A stretch of 64,000 nt of DNA from a virus: positions 2,887-66,886 of IMG/VR virus record IMGVR_UViG_3300044642_000803. One strand, given 5' to 3'. Below, piece after piece: positions 17,193 to 27,434 of the stretch. Position 1 is the first letter of the stretch, and each line of letters starts with the position of its first letter. A model generated the notes under the pieces. It was not told the origin of the DNA and searched no databases. It saw nothing but the letters and a program-made list of their open reading frames with translations. The translations under genes were made by a program, and so were the position numbers.

Positions 17193-17488
17193 GTAACACC
17201 CTGACCCCACTTCCCGAAGTCGAAGCCGACCCCGATCACGCCAAAGCCCTGGCCCGTGCGATCTGTCTAGAGCGATACCCACGGGAACGATCCGATGGCT
17301 GGAAGGGCTGCCCGGACATTTGCGCAACGTGCCGCGCTGGTGCCGCTGCTGTAGTCCGGCTGCTGGCTGACCAGGTGGCTCCTATGCCTCTGCTAACGCG
17401 ATTGGCAACGCCGATGTCTGGGGAGTGCATGCGGATTCGCGCCGAAATGCTCGCCATTGCCACCGAGCTGGAGGGGGCCAATGGCTGA
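17189..17488 (+). CDS. Hypothetical protein (IATELE family)
   Basis: ...IRAEMLAIATELE. Confidence 0.6.
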   Translation: MSNTLTPLPEVEADPDHAKALARAICLERYPRERSDGWKGCPDICATCRAGAAAVVRLLADQVAPMPLLTRLATPMSGECMRIRAEMLAIATELEGANG

Positions 17489-17571
17489 CCTCACCCTCTC
17501 TGACTGCATCGCCCTGGCGGTGTGGTCCGTATCAATGGCTCAATCGAACCCCACACACAACTGCCACCCCA

Positions 17572-17952
17572 ATGTCAAACTCTAAACCGCCCGAATGGGA
17601 TGAATTAAGCCAAGACACTCTTGACGTGATGAAAGATCTTGGCGAATTTCAGCCGACTTTGGATCCTGTTAAAAAAATGGTTAAAGGCTATACATACGAC
17701 GCCGAATGTGAGCATGTCATAAAAACCTACTGGGACAGCAATTACTTGCGTGCTATAGCAGCGGCATGTGTTCAAGTTGCCGACTGGCTTGATGGGGTTG
17801 GTTGCCACCAGCCCGACGCCGAGCCGTCTATCCAGGATGGATGGAGAGCCCTGGAGCGCAGGCAGGACCCGCGAATGTGGCCGCCGATTGACCCAGGGAA
17901 GGAGACGGCCGCGCTTGCTATTGCCCGTGAGCTAAGGGGGCCCGATGCCTGA
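17572..17952 (+). CDS. Hypothetical protein
   Basis: ATG at 17572; ends LAIARELR. Confidence 0.55.
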   Translation: MSNSKPPEWDELSQDTLDVMKDLGEFQPTLDPVKKMVKGYTYDAECEHVIKTYWDSNYLRAIAAACVQVADWLDGVGCHQPDAEPSIQDGWRALERRQDPRMWPPIDPGKETAALAIARELRGPDA

Positions 17953-18340
17953 TCCCGTTTTAAACGATGAGCTTGACTGGCTGATCTGGCTGTCTTTGCG
18001 GGATAGCGACGTGCATCCGTTTTCTGACCCCAATTTGACGCCTCCTGGCGGGGATTGGGGCGGATCAAAGGCGGCTCGAATTGACTGCAGACTCCAGGCT
18101 ATGCGCCATGACGGTCGCATCCGGTTTCATCGCCATAGCCCCCAAAGACCCGCCCACGTCCGCGCCCACGGCTGGGAGGTGCTGGGCTGCCCCGGCAATG
18201 GCTACAGCGAGGATGGCCGCTGGGCCTGGCGCGAGGGCTGCGAGGATTGCCTCCGCAGAACCCGGCCAGACCCAGCTGATGGGGTGATCGAACCGCCGCC
18301 GATCATTGCTTTTGAATGTGAATTGAGGATTGAACCATGA
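17945..18340 (+). CDS. Hypothetical protein with Cys-rich C-terminus
   Basis: Coupled ORF. Confidence 0.55.
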   Translation: MPDPVLNDELDWLIWLSLRDSDVHPFSDPNLTPPGGDWGGSKAARIDCRLQAMRHDGRIRFHRHSPQRPAHVRAHGWEVLGCPGNGYSEDGRWAWREGCEDCLRRTRPDPADGVIEPPPIIAFECELRIEP

Positions 18341-18630
18341 CCACCCCCGCGCTTTGCTTCCAAGCTCGCCCCGTTGGGGATGAGTACGTCGGCTATGTGT
18401 TTACGGAAACCAGGGGCAAGGCCAAAGCGTTGGCCATGCAATCCGATCCCGGCAACTCACCGCCTTACCTGGCCGAAGACTTTACGCAATGGTCAGTTCG
18501 CCGCTACCGGCAACTAGACGGACGGCTGCCGGTAGACGCCGCCTTGTGGTGCCCGCAGGACGTGCCAGATGGCAGCGGTATTGATCCGGTTGCCTTGTGG
18601 ACTGACTTTTCATTTTCCCTTGAAGATTAA
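18337..18630 (+). CDS. Hypothetical protein
   Basis: Coupled ORF containing VFTETRGKAK. Confidence 0.6.
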   Translation: MTTPALCFQARPVGDEYVGYVFTETRGKAKALAMQSDPGNSPPYLAEDFTQWSVRRYRQLDGRLPVDAALWCPQDVPDGSGIDPVALWTDFSFSLED

Positions 18631-18633
18631 ACC

Positions 18634-18891
18634 ATGCTGACCCCTGACCGGTTAATGAACCCCACAACCGAAACCCCACCCCCTGCCGACCGTTTCCGCC
18701 TTGGCGACGTTTGGCGATCACCGCGACTGAAAGATTGGACGGTGGACAAGATTGAACCCAGCGGGCTTGCCAGGCTGCGCAGTGTGGCCAAGCCCAAGAA
18801 CACCCAATGGCGTGGTGTGCGTGATACCGGGCGAAGCATGATGACCGCTTGGTATTGCGTCAGCCCACCCGACCAATTACCTCAGCCATGA
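18634..18891 (+). CDS. Hypothetical protein
   Basis: ORF in the operon. Confidence 0.5.
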   Translation: MLTPDRLMNPTTETPPPADRFRLGDVWRSPRLKDWTVDKIEPSGLARLRSVAKPKNTQWRGVRDTGRSMMTAWYCVSPPDQLPQP

Positions 18892-19070
18892 CCATTACCA
18901 AAACCCCCGGATGGGGCCTCCGCATCCTCAGGGTGCGCAACACCACCGGCATCCCCGAGGCGTTGATACTGCCCCCCGATCACGAAGCGCCCTACTGGAC
19001 GGACCTCCGCCAGATCGCCAAGCACCAATCCCGCACCATCTACGAACCCATCACCCCCAGCACCAAGTGA
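18888..19070 (+). CDS. Hypothetical protein
   Basis: ATGA/GTGA coupling. Confidence 0.5.
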   Translation: MTITKTPGWGLRILRVRNTTGIPEALILPPDHEAPYWTDLRQIAKHQSRTIYEPITPSTK

Positions 19071-19750
19071 CCGCCACACCCGAGCAACAAGAAACCATCC
19101 TCCCAAACCACGGCCCGATCCACATTCCCAGCCCAGCCGGCCCGATCCCTGATTGGCGCATCCGCCAGCTTGCGGAGCAGGGCATGATCAGCCCGTTTTG
19201 CCCGGGGAAGATCCGGCAGGTGGAGGCGCATTTTCCCGGCGCCCCGTGGGACACCTACAAGCGCCCGGTCATTAGCTTCGGCTGCTCCTCCTACGGCTGC
19301 GATCTCACGCTCTCGCCTAAGGAATTCCGCATCTTCCGGCACGTTCCTGGCCTGATCGTTGACCCCAAGGCCTTTGATGACCGCTGCTTGGCTCACGCAG
19401 ATCTGCACCACCATGAGCAGGATGGCGACTACTTCATCCTTCCCGGTCACACCTATGCCCTTGGGGTGGTGATCGAGCGACTGAAGCTCCCGCCCAACGT
19501 CACTGCCCAGTTTATCGGCAAGAGCACCTACGCCCGTTGTGGGATCATCGTGAACCTCACACCTGGTGAAGCTGGCTGGGAAGGTTACCTGACCCTGGAA
19601 ATCAGCAACTCATCTGGGGCTGACTGCCGCATCTACGCCAACGAAGGCATCTGCCAGGCGCTGTTCTACGAAGGGCTGCCATGTGACAACGCTTACGGCG
19701 AGGGCAAGTACCAAAAGCAGGCGGCTGGTGTGACCTTGGCGAAGGTTTGA
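19067..19750 (+). CDS. dcd: dCTP deaminase
   Basis: MISPF, ISFGCSSYG.D, GKSTYARCGIIVN.TP.EAGWEGYLTLE, YANEGICQ, GKYQ.Q.GVT. Confidence 0.93.
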   Translation: MTATPEQQETILPNHGPIHIPSPAGPIPDWRIRQLAEQGMISPFCPGKIRQVEAHFPGAPWDTYKRPVISFGCSSYGCDLTLSPKEFRIFRHVPGLIVDPKAFDDRCLAHADLHHHEQDGDYFILPGHTYALGVVIERLKLPPNVTAQFIGKSTYARCGIIVNLTPGEAGWEGYLTLEISNSSGADCRIYANEGICQALFYEGLPCDNAYGEGKYQKQAAGVTLAKV

Positions 19751-19852
19751 CGGTTTGCTGCCTTTCGTAGACGGCAGGAATGGCTTATGATATGGGAGCC
19801 GGGTTTCTTCTATCGGGCCCGATAGCTGAATCGGCAGGCGGGGTAACCCGAC

Positions 19853-20395
19853 TTGTCCCCCGGCAACCATTCGCCACCGCTACAACCCGTGCCCGCTGGT
19901 CGCCCAAGCAAGCTCACAACCGAGCTGGTAACAAAAGCCAGGCAGGAAGCGGCGCATGGGCTCCCTTTGGCATTGATCGCTGACCGGCTTGGGATCGGCC
20001 GAAGGACCGCTCAGACCTGGATTCGTGATGCTGAAGTCAAAGGCGAAGAAAGCCTTGAATACCAATTTCGGCGTGCCATCTTTATAGCGGATGCGGAAGA
20101 GTGCAAAAACCTTGTCACTTGCTTGCGCGATGCAGCGTTGCCGCCTAAGCCATCGGAAGGGGAGGAAAAGAAATCTCCGAACCTCTGGGCAGCAACCTGG
20201 CTCCTGACCCATCACCCCAGGCTGCGCGATCATTTCAGCGATGCCGCCGCCGAACGTCGCACCGAGCGCAAGACCATCGCCGCCGTGGTTGATGCCATCG
20301 CCGCCGCTGGCCTGACGCCGGAGGCTGAGCGTCGGGTGATGCTGCAGATCAATGCCCGTGGACTGGAAACACCTGAGGGTGAGAGGGAAGGATGA
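19853..20395 (+). CDS. Terminase small subunit (HTH)
   Basis: GRPSKLT, HTH IADRLGIGRRTAQTW, AATWLL; upstream of TerL. Confidence 0.7.
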   Translation: MSPGNHSPPLQPVPAGRPSKLTTELVTKARQEAAHGLPLALIADRLGIGRRTAQTWIRDAEVKGEESLEYQFRRAIFIADAEECKNLVTCLRDAALPPKPSEGEEKKSPNLWAATWLLTHHPRLRDHFSDAAAERRTERKTIAAVVDAIAAAGLTPEAERRVMLQINARGLETPEGEREG

Positions 20396-20610
20396 ACGAT
20401 CACGCAAACCGGATCACAAAAGCTGCGCAAGCCCGTAAGTTCATCGGGCAAGTGGTTAGGTGGTGGCCACTCCGTTGGGGCAGTGCATGGGCCGCAAATG
20501 GCACCTTGCGGGAAGTGGCAGGAAAAAACGTCTTGATTGATCACGATTGGAAATGGCTGCCTGACATTTATATGGAGCCACTGCCGCAATCTGTGGAGGG
20601 GGAGGGATGA
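20392..20610 (+). CDS. Hypothetical protein
   Basis: Coupled ORF. Confidence 0.55.
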   Translation: MNDHANRITKAAQARKFIGQVVRWWPLRWGSAWAANGTLREVAGKNVLIDHDWKWLPDIYMEPLPQSVEGEG

Positions 20611-21263
20611 CCAGCCCAACCCCACCACGTGGCCGCTTCATCGTGCTGGAGGGGATCGACGGCTGCGGCAAGACCACCCAGCTGGAGGCCCTGCGCCAAT
20701 GGCTGCCCACCAGCGGCCTGCTGCCCCCTGGCGCCCGCGTGATCGTGAGCCGAGAGCCTGGGGGCACCGCCCTGGGCAAGGCACTGCGGGAGCTGCTGCT
20801 GCGCCCTCCTGGGGAAGCGGCCCCGGTGCCCCGTGCAGAGCTGCTGCTCTATGCCGCCGATCGTGCCCAGCATGTCGAAACGGTCCTGCTGCCGGCGTTG
20901 GAACGGGGGGATTGGGTGTTATGTGATCGCTTTACTGGATCGACAGCCGCGTATCAGGGCTATGGCAGGGGCCTGGACTTGGGCCTGATTGGAGCACTGG
21001 AATACCTGGCTACGGGCGGTTTGCAGGCTGATCTCACCCTCTGGCTGGATGCGTCCGTGGCCGAGTCGATCCGGCGCCGTGGCGGGCAAATGGCCGACCG
21101 CATTGAGGCGGAAGGGGAATCCTTCCTGGGCCACGTGAGGGTAGGTTTTAGCTACCTGGCTGAACAGCGTGGATGGACCCGCATCGATGCAAACCAGCCC
21201 GTAGCTGCCGCGACGGAGGACTGTTGCCGCGCCATGGTCCGCCAGTTTGAGGGAAGGGCATGA
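20607..21263 (+). CDS. tmk: Thymidylate kinase
   Basis: FIVLEGIDGCGKTTQ P-loop, REPGGT, LLYAADRAQH, CDRF..ST.AYQGYGRG. Confidence 0.95.
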   Translation: MTSPTPPRGRFIVLEGIDGCGKTTQLEALRQWLPTSGLLPPGARVIVSREPGGTALGKALRELLLRPPGEAAPVPRAELLLYAADRAQHVETVLLPALERGDWVLCDRFTGSTAAYQGYGRGLDLGLIGALEYLATGGLQADLTLWLDASVAESIRRRGGQMADRIEAEGESFLGHVRVGFSYLAEQRGWTRIDANQPVAAATEDCCRAMVRQFEGRA

Positions 21264-21541
21264 CCCCCGACCTGGTGCGCACCGTCCTAGCCCGCCGCCC
21301 ATGGGTGCCAGCAAACACCCTGCTCGATTGCCTGGAGCTGGCCACCTGGTTGGCCCCGCGTATTGCCGCCGGCCTGACACTACACGTCACCATGTCGGAA
21401 TTGACAACCCGCTGGGGCTGTCCGCAGTTTGAGGCAAGCCGGCGGATGGCGGATCTGTTGGGTGCCCAGTTGATTGACGCCAGCCATCACCCAGGGCAAT
21501 CTGCCTACTGGGCTGTGCATCGCGTGGGGCCGGTGGCGTGA
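21260..21541 (+). CDS. Hypothetical protein, possible wHTH
   Basis: Coupled ORF. Confidence 0.5.
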   Translation: MTPDLVRTVLARRPWVPANTLLDCLELATWLAPRIAAGLTLHVTMSELTTRWGCPQFEASRRMADLLGAQLIDASHHPGQSAYWAVHRVGPVA

Positions 21542-23106
21542 TCGTCCGCGCCCCCACCGCCGCCGCACGCCTTGCGGTGCTGGAGTTGGAGCGCGAAGCT
21601 AACGCCAGTACAAACACACCACAGGAGCCCTACACCCGGTCCTTCGGTGATCACATCGCAGCGGTTTACCCCAAGTTCCCCTTCACCCGGCACAACACCC
21701 GCCTCGTAGAGATTGGCCAGCGGGTTGGCGCTGGCGAGATCCCCAGACTGCTTTTGATGCTGCCGCCACGGCATTTCAAGTCAACCATTTTCAGCCGTTT
21801 CCTGCCGTCCTGGTTTATCCGTCGCTACCCCGATCGCACATGGGGCCAGGGTGCCCATAGCCAGCCACTAGCCGAAGAGTTTGGGCAGGCGGCCCGTGAT
21901 TACTTCACCGCATCTGGTGGCATCCTTGATCCCAGTAGCTCAGGCAAAGGCCGATGGAAGGTTGCTGGCCAGCTTGGTGGCTTCTGGGGCGCTGGCGTCG
22001 GCAAAGGCACCGGCCTGCCCGCTCATTTCATCAATGTTGACGACCCGATCAAAAACCGGCAGGAAGCCGAATCTGCCGCATATCGCCGCCAGCTTTACGA
22101 CTGGTGGTCCACGGTGCTCAATACCCGTGAAGAACCCGGCTGTCTCAAGTTGATCACCCATACTCGATGGGCCGATGCCGACCTGATCGGCTGGTTGATC
22201 ACACAGGTTGAGGAACTGGAGCGCGACGGCAACGCAGACGCGGCCGAGCCGTGGCATGTAATTCAGATGTCGATCATCGCCGAGCCGGTGCAGGTTGCGG
22301 TGCCGGCAACACTCACACTGGAGCCTGACCATCGCCAGCCCGGTGAAGCGCTGGACCCCGATAGGTACGATGCCGAGTGGGCACGAAAAAAGCAGCTGAA
22401 CACCCCAGATCGAGACTGGGCAGCCCTTTACCAGCAGCGCCCGCAGCCGGCAGGTGGCACGGTGTTCAATGCGGGGATGTTCCGCTTCTATGGCACCCGC
22501 GAACGCCCTGGACTGGAAGGTGACGCGATACTGCCCGATCGCTTTGTACGCAAACTGGCGAGCCTTGATTGCACCTTCAAGGACACCGCTGGCAGCGACA
22601 TGGTGGCCATGCAGCTATGGGGCCAGGACAGTTCTGGGGCGTGGCTGGTTGACCTGCTGGATCAGCGGATGGACTTCGCTAAAACCGAAGAAACCGTTGG
22701 GGCAATGTGGCCGACATGGAACTTTGGCGAGTTGTTTGTTGAGGACAAGGCAAATGGCAGCGCCGTTATCAGCTCCCTGAAGCGTGCCGCCGCTGGCTTT
22801 ATTGTTCATGCCGTCGATCCGGTAGGTGGGAAGGTGGCCAGGGCTAATGCCGCTACGCCTGAGTTCAATAAGGGCCGAGTGTTCCTGCCTCGATGGCACC
22901 CGCTGACCGAGCTGCTTAAGTCGCAGCTGTTGAAGTTCCCTGGCGATACCTTTGACGACCAGGTGGACGCCTTGAGCCAGGCGATCAATGCGATGCAGGG
23001 CACCGGCCCGATGCGCATCACCACCGCCACCTACGGCCATGGCGCCGCCGCCCCGTCCCCACGGGAGCCGGTGCCTAGGCGATCGACTATCCCCGGCTTT
23101 CGATGA
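21538..23106 (+). CDS. terL: Terminase large subunit
   Basis: PPRHFKS Walker A, NVDDPIK Walker B, ALYQQRP, VEDKANG, DDQVDA nuclease motifs. Confidence 0.95.
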   Translation: MIVRAPTAAARLAVLELEREANASTNTPQEPYTRSFGDHIAAVYPKFPFTRHNTRLVEIGQRVGAGEIPRLLLMLPPRHFKSTIFSRFLPSWFIRRYPDRTWGQGAHSQPLAEEFGQAARDYFTASGGILDPSSSGKGRWKVAGQLGGFWGAGVGKGTGLPAHFINVDDPIKNRQEAESAAYRRQLYDWWSTVLNTREEPGCLKLITHTRWADADLIGWLITQVEELERDGNADAAEPWHVIQMSIIAEPVQVAVPATLTLEPDHRQPGEALDPDRYDAEWARKKQLNTPDRDWAALYQQRPQPAGGTVFNAGMFRFYGTRERPGLEGDAILPDRFVRKLASLDCTFKDTAGSDMVAMQLWGQDSSGAWLVDLLDQRMDFAKTEETVGAMWPTWNFGELFVEDKANGSAVISSLKRAAAGFIVHAVDPVGGKVARANAATPEFNKGRVFLPRWHPLTELLKSQLLKFPGDTFDDQVDALSQAINAMQGTGPMRITTATYGHGAAAPSPREPVPRRSTIPGFR

Positions 23107-23486
23107 CCACCCAACCCACCCAGGACACACCCATGGACACCCCTGCACCGATCAACATCGTTTTCGACGGTCCGCCGGGACCAAAGGGCCCCCGATTTAT
23201 TGAGGTTGAAACCGACGACGGGCGCAGTATCCGCATTGGTGAATGGCAGCAACGACAAGACGGGAACTGGGGGCTGAGAATTGCCGCTTTGCCGCCTGTG
23301 ACCCCAAATCCTGAGCAGGATGCTGACCCAGACCCGGAAGAAGATCTGATGCAAAGGATTTTGGCGCAATGCCTGGAAACTGATATTTCTGCGGTACACG
23401 CTGCTGGTGCGTGTAACGCTGTTAGCGTATTACTTTTGGCGCAAGCCTATAACTTGACCAACCATCCTGAGCAGGAAAGCAAATGA
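23103..23486 (+). CDS. Hypothetical protein
   Basis: INIVFDGPPGP..PRFIEVETDDGRSI..GEW. Confidence 0.6.
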   Translation: MTTQPTQDTPMDTPAPINIVFDGPPGPKGPRFIEVETDDGRSIRIGEWQQRQDGNWGLRIAALPPVTPNPEQDADPDPEEDLMQRILAQCLETDISAVHAAGACNAVSVLLLAQAYNLTNHPEQESK

Positions 23487-23857
23487 TCACCCAACCCACC
23501 CAACCGATGGACACCCCCCGCGACCCGCACCTTCCGCCCCCTGCGGTCGTTGATTGGCTGCTGGAACAGAACTGGTCGGAGATGATCCCCGTAACCTTGA
23601 TTCAATATCACGGCTCTTTACCTCATGGGATGAGTCAAAGTAGGTTATATGAGTACCAGTTAGCCCTTTGCAAAATCGGCGCTGATACAAGTGGCCGCGT
23701 CTCCCTCCCGATTGAGGCGCTGGACGCTTTGCGCAAAGACCGGGACGCTCGCCAATCCGCCTTGGAGCGGAAACGGCAGGATTGCGAAGCTGATGAGTTG
23801 GCAATCAAGGCAAAACGATGGTCAATCCGCATCGGTCCATTTAGCCGCCAGCCATGA
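23483..23857 (+). CDS. Hypothetical protein
   Basis: Coupled ORF. Confidence 0.55.
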   Translation: MITQPTQPMDTPRDPHLPPPAVVDWLLEQNWSEMIPVTLIQYHGSLPHGMSQSRLYEYQLALCKIGADTSGRVSLPIEALDALRKDRDARQSALERKRQDCEADELAIKAKRWSIRIGPFSRQP

Positions 23858-24945
23858 CCACCATCCCCAACCCGCAACCACAGCCCACCGATGGCAACCC
23901 TGAAGCTACCGAAGGCACCGCTGTCCCAACTGGTCGGCAAGCCGGTGGCGGGGACGTGGCGCCTTCGCCAGTCGTCGCAGGGGAGCCACCTGGAGCTGTT
24001 CCGGTTCGGGGGGAGCTGGACGCCACCATCGCCAGCGGTGAAGATCTACCTGACGCCAAGCCACGTCTTACTACTCGATCGCGGCGAGCTGTTCGTGCAG
24101 GAGAACCCCTTGAACAGCCGACCAAACCCGGCAGCCCGCCACGCACCGAGCTATCAGAGCGACTGATCGTCGAAAACCAGGGGCTTGCCCGCAAGGCCGC
24201 CAACAAATGGTCGAGGCTGTGCGGTCGGCCCTATGACGACTTCATTGGCCCTGCAATGGAGGGGCTGGTGAACGGCTGCCGTCGTTACGATCCCGAGCGC
24301 CTCAACCCTGGTACCGGTCGCCCGTATGCCATCTCTACCTGCGTCTGCCAATACATTGAGGGGCAGATCAAACATCACATTAGGGATCATGGCTACGATA
24401 TAAAGATGCCGTCAAAGTGGCGTGAGCACTACCCCAAGGTGCGCCGGTTGCTGGCCGAAGGCTTGAGCCTGGCCCAGATAGTAGAGGCCATTCCCGCCTT
24501 CACCGAGGCTGAGATCACCGAAATGATGGGTGCCATGATCGGCACTGTTGAGCTAGAAGACGAGATCACCCTGTTCAGCGATCACCAGCCCCAGGTCATG
24601 GATGAGAGCGTAGCGGCGGCGCTGTTCCGCCTCACTGAACAGGCATTTAACAACCTGCGGCCCGCTGATCGTGGCTTGCTGGAGCGATGGTCCGCCGATC
24701 CGTTCAAGCGACCCTACCCTTATGGGTCGATGGCTCAATTCCACAACCGACTGAAGATCCAACTGCGCGGTAAGACCCTACAGCAGTTCCGCCAGGGGAT
24801 GCTCGGCCTTGACGTGGCAACCGCACCACCAGCACCCAAGGCCCGCAGCCCGCGTCAGCCCCGGCCCGCCGTTACCTCGGCAGTTCAGCCGTCGCTGTTC
24901 GGCCGCAACCAGCGCAAGCCGCACCCTAGGGCGGTAAAGCTATAG
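23854..24945 (+). CDS. Phage sigma-70 family sigma factor (SigB/SigF-like region 2)
   Basis: ERLIVENQGLARKAA, YDDF...EGL....RYDP, ST....YIEGQIKHHIRDHG..IKMP. Confidence 0.8.
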   Translation: MTTIPNPQPQPTDGNPEATEGTAVPTGRQAGGGDVAPSPVVAGEPPGAVPVRGELDATIASGEDLPDAKPRLTTRSRRAVRAGEPLEQPTKPGSPPRTELSERLIVENQGLARKAANKWSRLCGRPYDDFIGPAMEGLVNGCRRYDPERLNPGTGRPYAISTCVCQYIEGQIKHHIRDHGYDIKMPSKWREHYPKVRRLLAEGLSLAQIVEAIPAFTEAEITEMMGAMIGTVELEDEITLFSDHQPQVMDESVAAALFRLTEQAFNNLRPADRGLLERWSADPFKRPYPYGSMAQFHNRLKIQLRGKTLQQFRQGMLGLDVATAPPAPKARSPRQPRPAVTSAVQPSLFGRNQRKPHPRAVKL

Positions 24946-24987
24946 CCCAGCAGGAAAGCTCCAGTAGCAGGCTAATGGTGGGCGCTG

Positions 24988-26484
24988 GTGCAGTCGAGTC
25001 ATCCTGGAACTGACCCCAAGCTGCCGAGTTTTCAGCACCCGGTACTGCGGGAGCATAAGGAAGATCTGGAGCGTGCCTATGACGCCTGGTATTGCCTCAA
25101 GGGCGATGAGGTAAAGCGCAAGTACCTACCGCCCGAACCAGCCGAGCCAGCCGAAGCCTATCAGGGCCGGCTAGGCCGTGCTGTGTTTCCCGATTTTTTC
25201 AGGGCTGGTCTAGAGGGTTTTGCCGGGGTGTTATCGCGCTCCGAGTTGAAAGATCCGCCGCCAATATTTGAGGCGAACAGGGATAACGTAGACCTAGAGG
25301 GCAATTCACTTGAGGCCTTCTGGCTCACCGTGGATCCCCTGTGTCTGCGCGATGGCGCCGTCCCGATCCTGGTCGAGATGCCAGACGGCCAACCCACCAA
25401 TGGTGCCAGTGAAGCAGCAGCAAAGCGGCGCCCGTACCTGGTCAGCCGCACCCGTGCTACCTGCCTGAATTGGAAGACCGCCGTAGTCGGATCTGTAGAG
25501 GTGGTGACCCGCTGCACGTTCCTGGAATGGGCGGAAGTTGATAGCGAGGATGGTGATTTTGGGGTGAAATATGAGGAGCGCTATCGGGTGATTGAACCGG
25601 GGAAATGGACGCTCTACCGGCTGATCAAGCGTGCCGATGGTTCCATGGTCATGGAGGTGGTGGACGAGGGGCAGTACCTAGACTCACGGCAGCAACCGCT
25701 CACCATTTGCCCGGTGGTCTGGTACTCGGCCGAGAAAGCCGGCTTCGGTCATGGTGCGCTGCCATTGCGGCAGGTGGTCGAGCACTGCTTCCAGCATTTC
25801 CGCAAGTCAAGCGATCTAGAGGAGAAAACCCACAAGTGCGCCATGCCGGTGCCGGTGCGCAAGGGTGCCTTACCACCAATGCCTGGCCAAGCAGTCACAC
25901 CGCTGGTGATTGGTCCTAACACGGCTGTCGATGTGGACAAAGACGGGGACTTCTTTTTCTCCGAGCCATCGGCCACGTCCTTGGTTGAGCAGCGGGCTCA
26001 AATCAAGGAAGTGAAGGAGCTGATTGATCAGCAGTTGCTCGGCTTCCTGACCGGTGAAAGCAAAATCACCAAAACCGCCACCCAGTCCCAGCTCGAAGGC
26101 GGCCGAACCCAGGTAAGCATCAGAGCGATGAGTGAACGCAAGAAGTCGGTAATGCAGTCCATATTTGACATCTGGTGCCGCTACACCGGGGAGCAGTTGG
26201 CCGTAGGCGCTGGCTTGACGGTTGACGAAAATGCCTTCGCCGCGCCACTGGATTCGCAGGCCGCCAAGGCTTTGATGGACTTGGCCGGTGGCGAGCCGCT
26301 GATCAGCCAGCAGAGCGCGGTCGAGATGTTGCAGGTGGGCGGTTTCAATCGGATCACCACCAGCGCAGAGGATGAGATGGAGCGGATCAACCGGGAGCGG
26401 CCGATGCTGGGGGCACCGACGCCGGAGCGGGACGACCTGACCATGCCACTGGATGAGGAGCTACCGGGCGAGGATGAAGACTAA
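24988..26484 (+). CDS. Portal protein (DUF4055-like)
   Basis: KYLP.EP.E...AYQ.RL.RA.F, DNVDLEGNSL, SSDLEE, KTATQ; 498 aa after TerL. Confidence 0.85.
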   Translation: MQSSHPGTDPKLPSFQHPVLREHKEDLERAYDAWYCLKGDEVKRKYLPPEPAEPAEAYQGRLGRAVFPDFFRAGLEGFAGVLSRSELKDPPPIFEANRDNVDLEGNSLEAFWLTVDPLCLRDGAVPILVEMPDGQPTNGASEAAAKRRPYLVSRTRATCLNWKTAVVGSVEVVTRCTFLEWAEVDSEDGDFGVKYEERYRVIEPGKWTLYRLIKRADGSMVMEVVDEGQYLDSRQQPLTICPVVWYSAEKAGFGHGALPLRQVVEHCFQHFRKSSDLEEKTHKCAMPVPVRKGALPPMPGQAVTPLVIGPNTAVDVDKDGDFFFSEPSATSLVEQRAQIKEVKELIDQQLLGFLTGESKITKTATQSQLEGGRTQVSIRAMSERKKSVMQSIFDIWCRYTGEQLAVGAGLTVDENAFAAPLDSQAAKALMDLAGGEPLISQQSAVEMLQVGGFNRITTSAEDEMERINRERPMLGAPTPERDDLTMPLDEELPGEDED

Positions 26485-26603
26485 GGGATTGTGACGGATT
26501 GCTAAGTGTGCGGGCGGGTTGCTGCTGAGCTGTAACGCGCCGGCTACTATGTGGAGACAGGGCAAGTCCCTGGCCACCGCCACCGAACCGCCGCCTTCCG
26601 GTC

Positions 26604-27002
26604 ATGCAAACTCAAACAATCTTCATCCGTGACGGGTTTTGGAATAGCTGCTACGAACCATACGATCTACCTGGTGCATATTGCAGAACACGCTATGCAA
26701 TTACCCCAACCGATGGAAGTAGTTTGCCGAGCAATGGGGAATACAAAGGATTCGTACTAGTTGACAATCTACTGCGACTAGTAAGTGGTGGTGAGTATTT
26801 TGGCGGCTCAATGATCAATCAATTATGTCGAGACTTCACTATTGTTTTCGATGAAGCGTTTCACGATGAATATCGCGCTGGGATTGAGCGTGGCTACAAA
26901 GGCAAGAGAGGCGTGCATTGGAACTATTTTTGCAAGTGCTCTGAGGCCTGGAGAGATGGCTATCGGGAGGGTCGCAAGGCGCGGGAGCGTTTGGCAAGCT
27001 GA
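26604..27002 (+). CDS. Hypothetical protein
   Basis: Follows repeated promoter 1. Confidence 0.6.
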   Translation: MQTQTIFIRDGFWNSCYEPYDLPGAYCRTRYAITPTDGSSLPSNGEYKGFVLVDNLLRLVSGGEYFGGSMINQLCRDFTIVFDEAFHDEYRAGIERGYKGKRGVHWNYFCKCSEAWRDGYREGRKARERLAS

Positions 27003-27119
27003 CCGGTCCCCCAATCACAACAATCTGTGAACTGTCCCGCCCCTCCCCTCCTGACCCGTAACGCACCGGCTACATTATGAGGACAGGGGACGGCCCCGCT
27101 CGGCAGCCCAGAGGCTGCG

Positions 27120-27434
27120 ATGAACATGACCACCACCGACACCAAGCTGGTGTATGCCGATGAAGTCGGCGGCAGAATTGCTGGCTTCACGGTTCGCAGC
27201 GCTGCTGGCGTTGAGCTTTGCCGCACGGTTGAGCAACTGGAGGCGATCGGCGCCACTGCCTGGGCCACCAGTATTGAGCTGTTGATCTGGCTGAGCCGCA
27301 CTCCCGAATTCTGGGGCCACGGCACCGCCAGCGCCAAGTTCAAGGTCTGGGATCAGCAGACCGAGGAAGTGCGGGATGTGACAGTTCCGCGTAAGGGGTG
27401 TGAGGAACCGCTATACCGCGATCAACTGCAGTGA
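27120..27434 (+). CDS. Hypothetical protein
   Basis: Follows repeated promoter 2. Confidence 0.6.
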   Translation: MNMTTTDTKLVYADEVGGRIAGFTVRSAAGVELCRTVEQLEAIGATAWATSIELLIWLSRTPEFWGHGTASAKFKVWDQQTEEVRDVTVPRKGCEEPLYRDQLQ

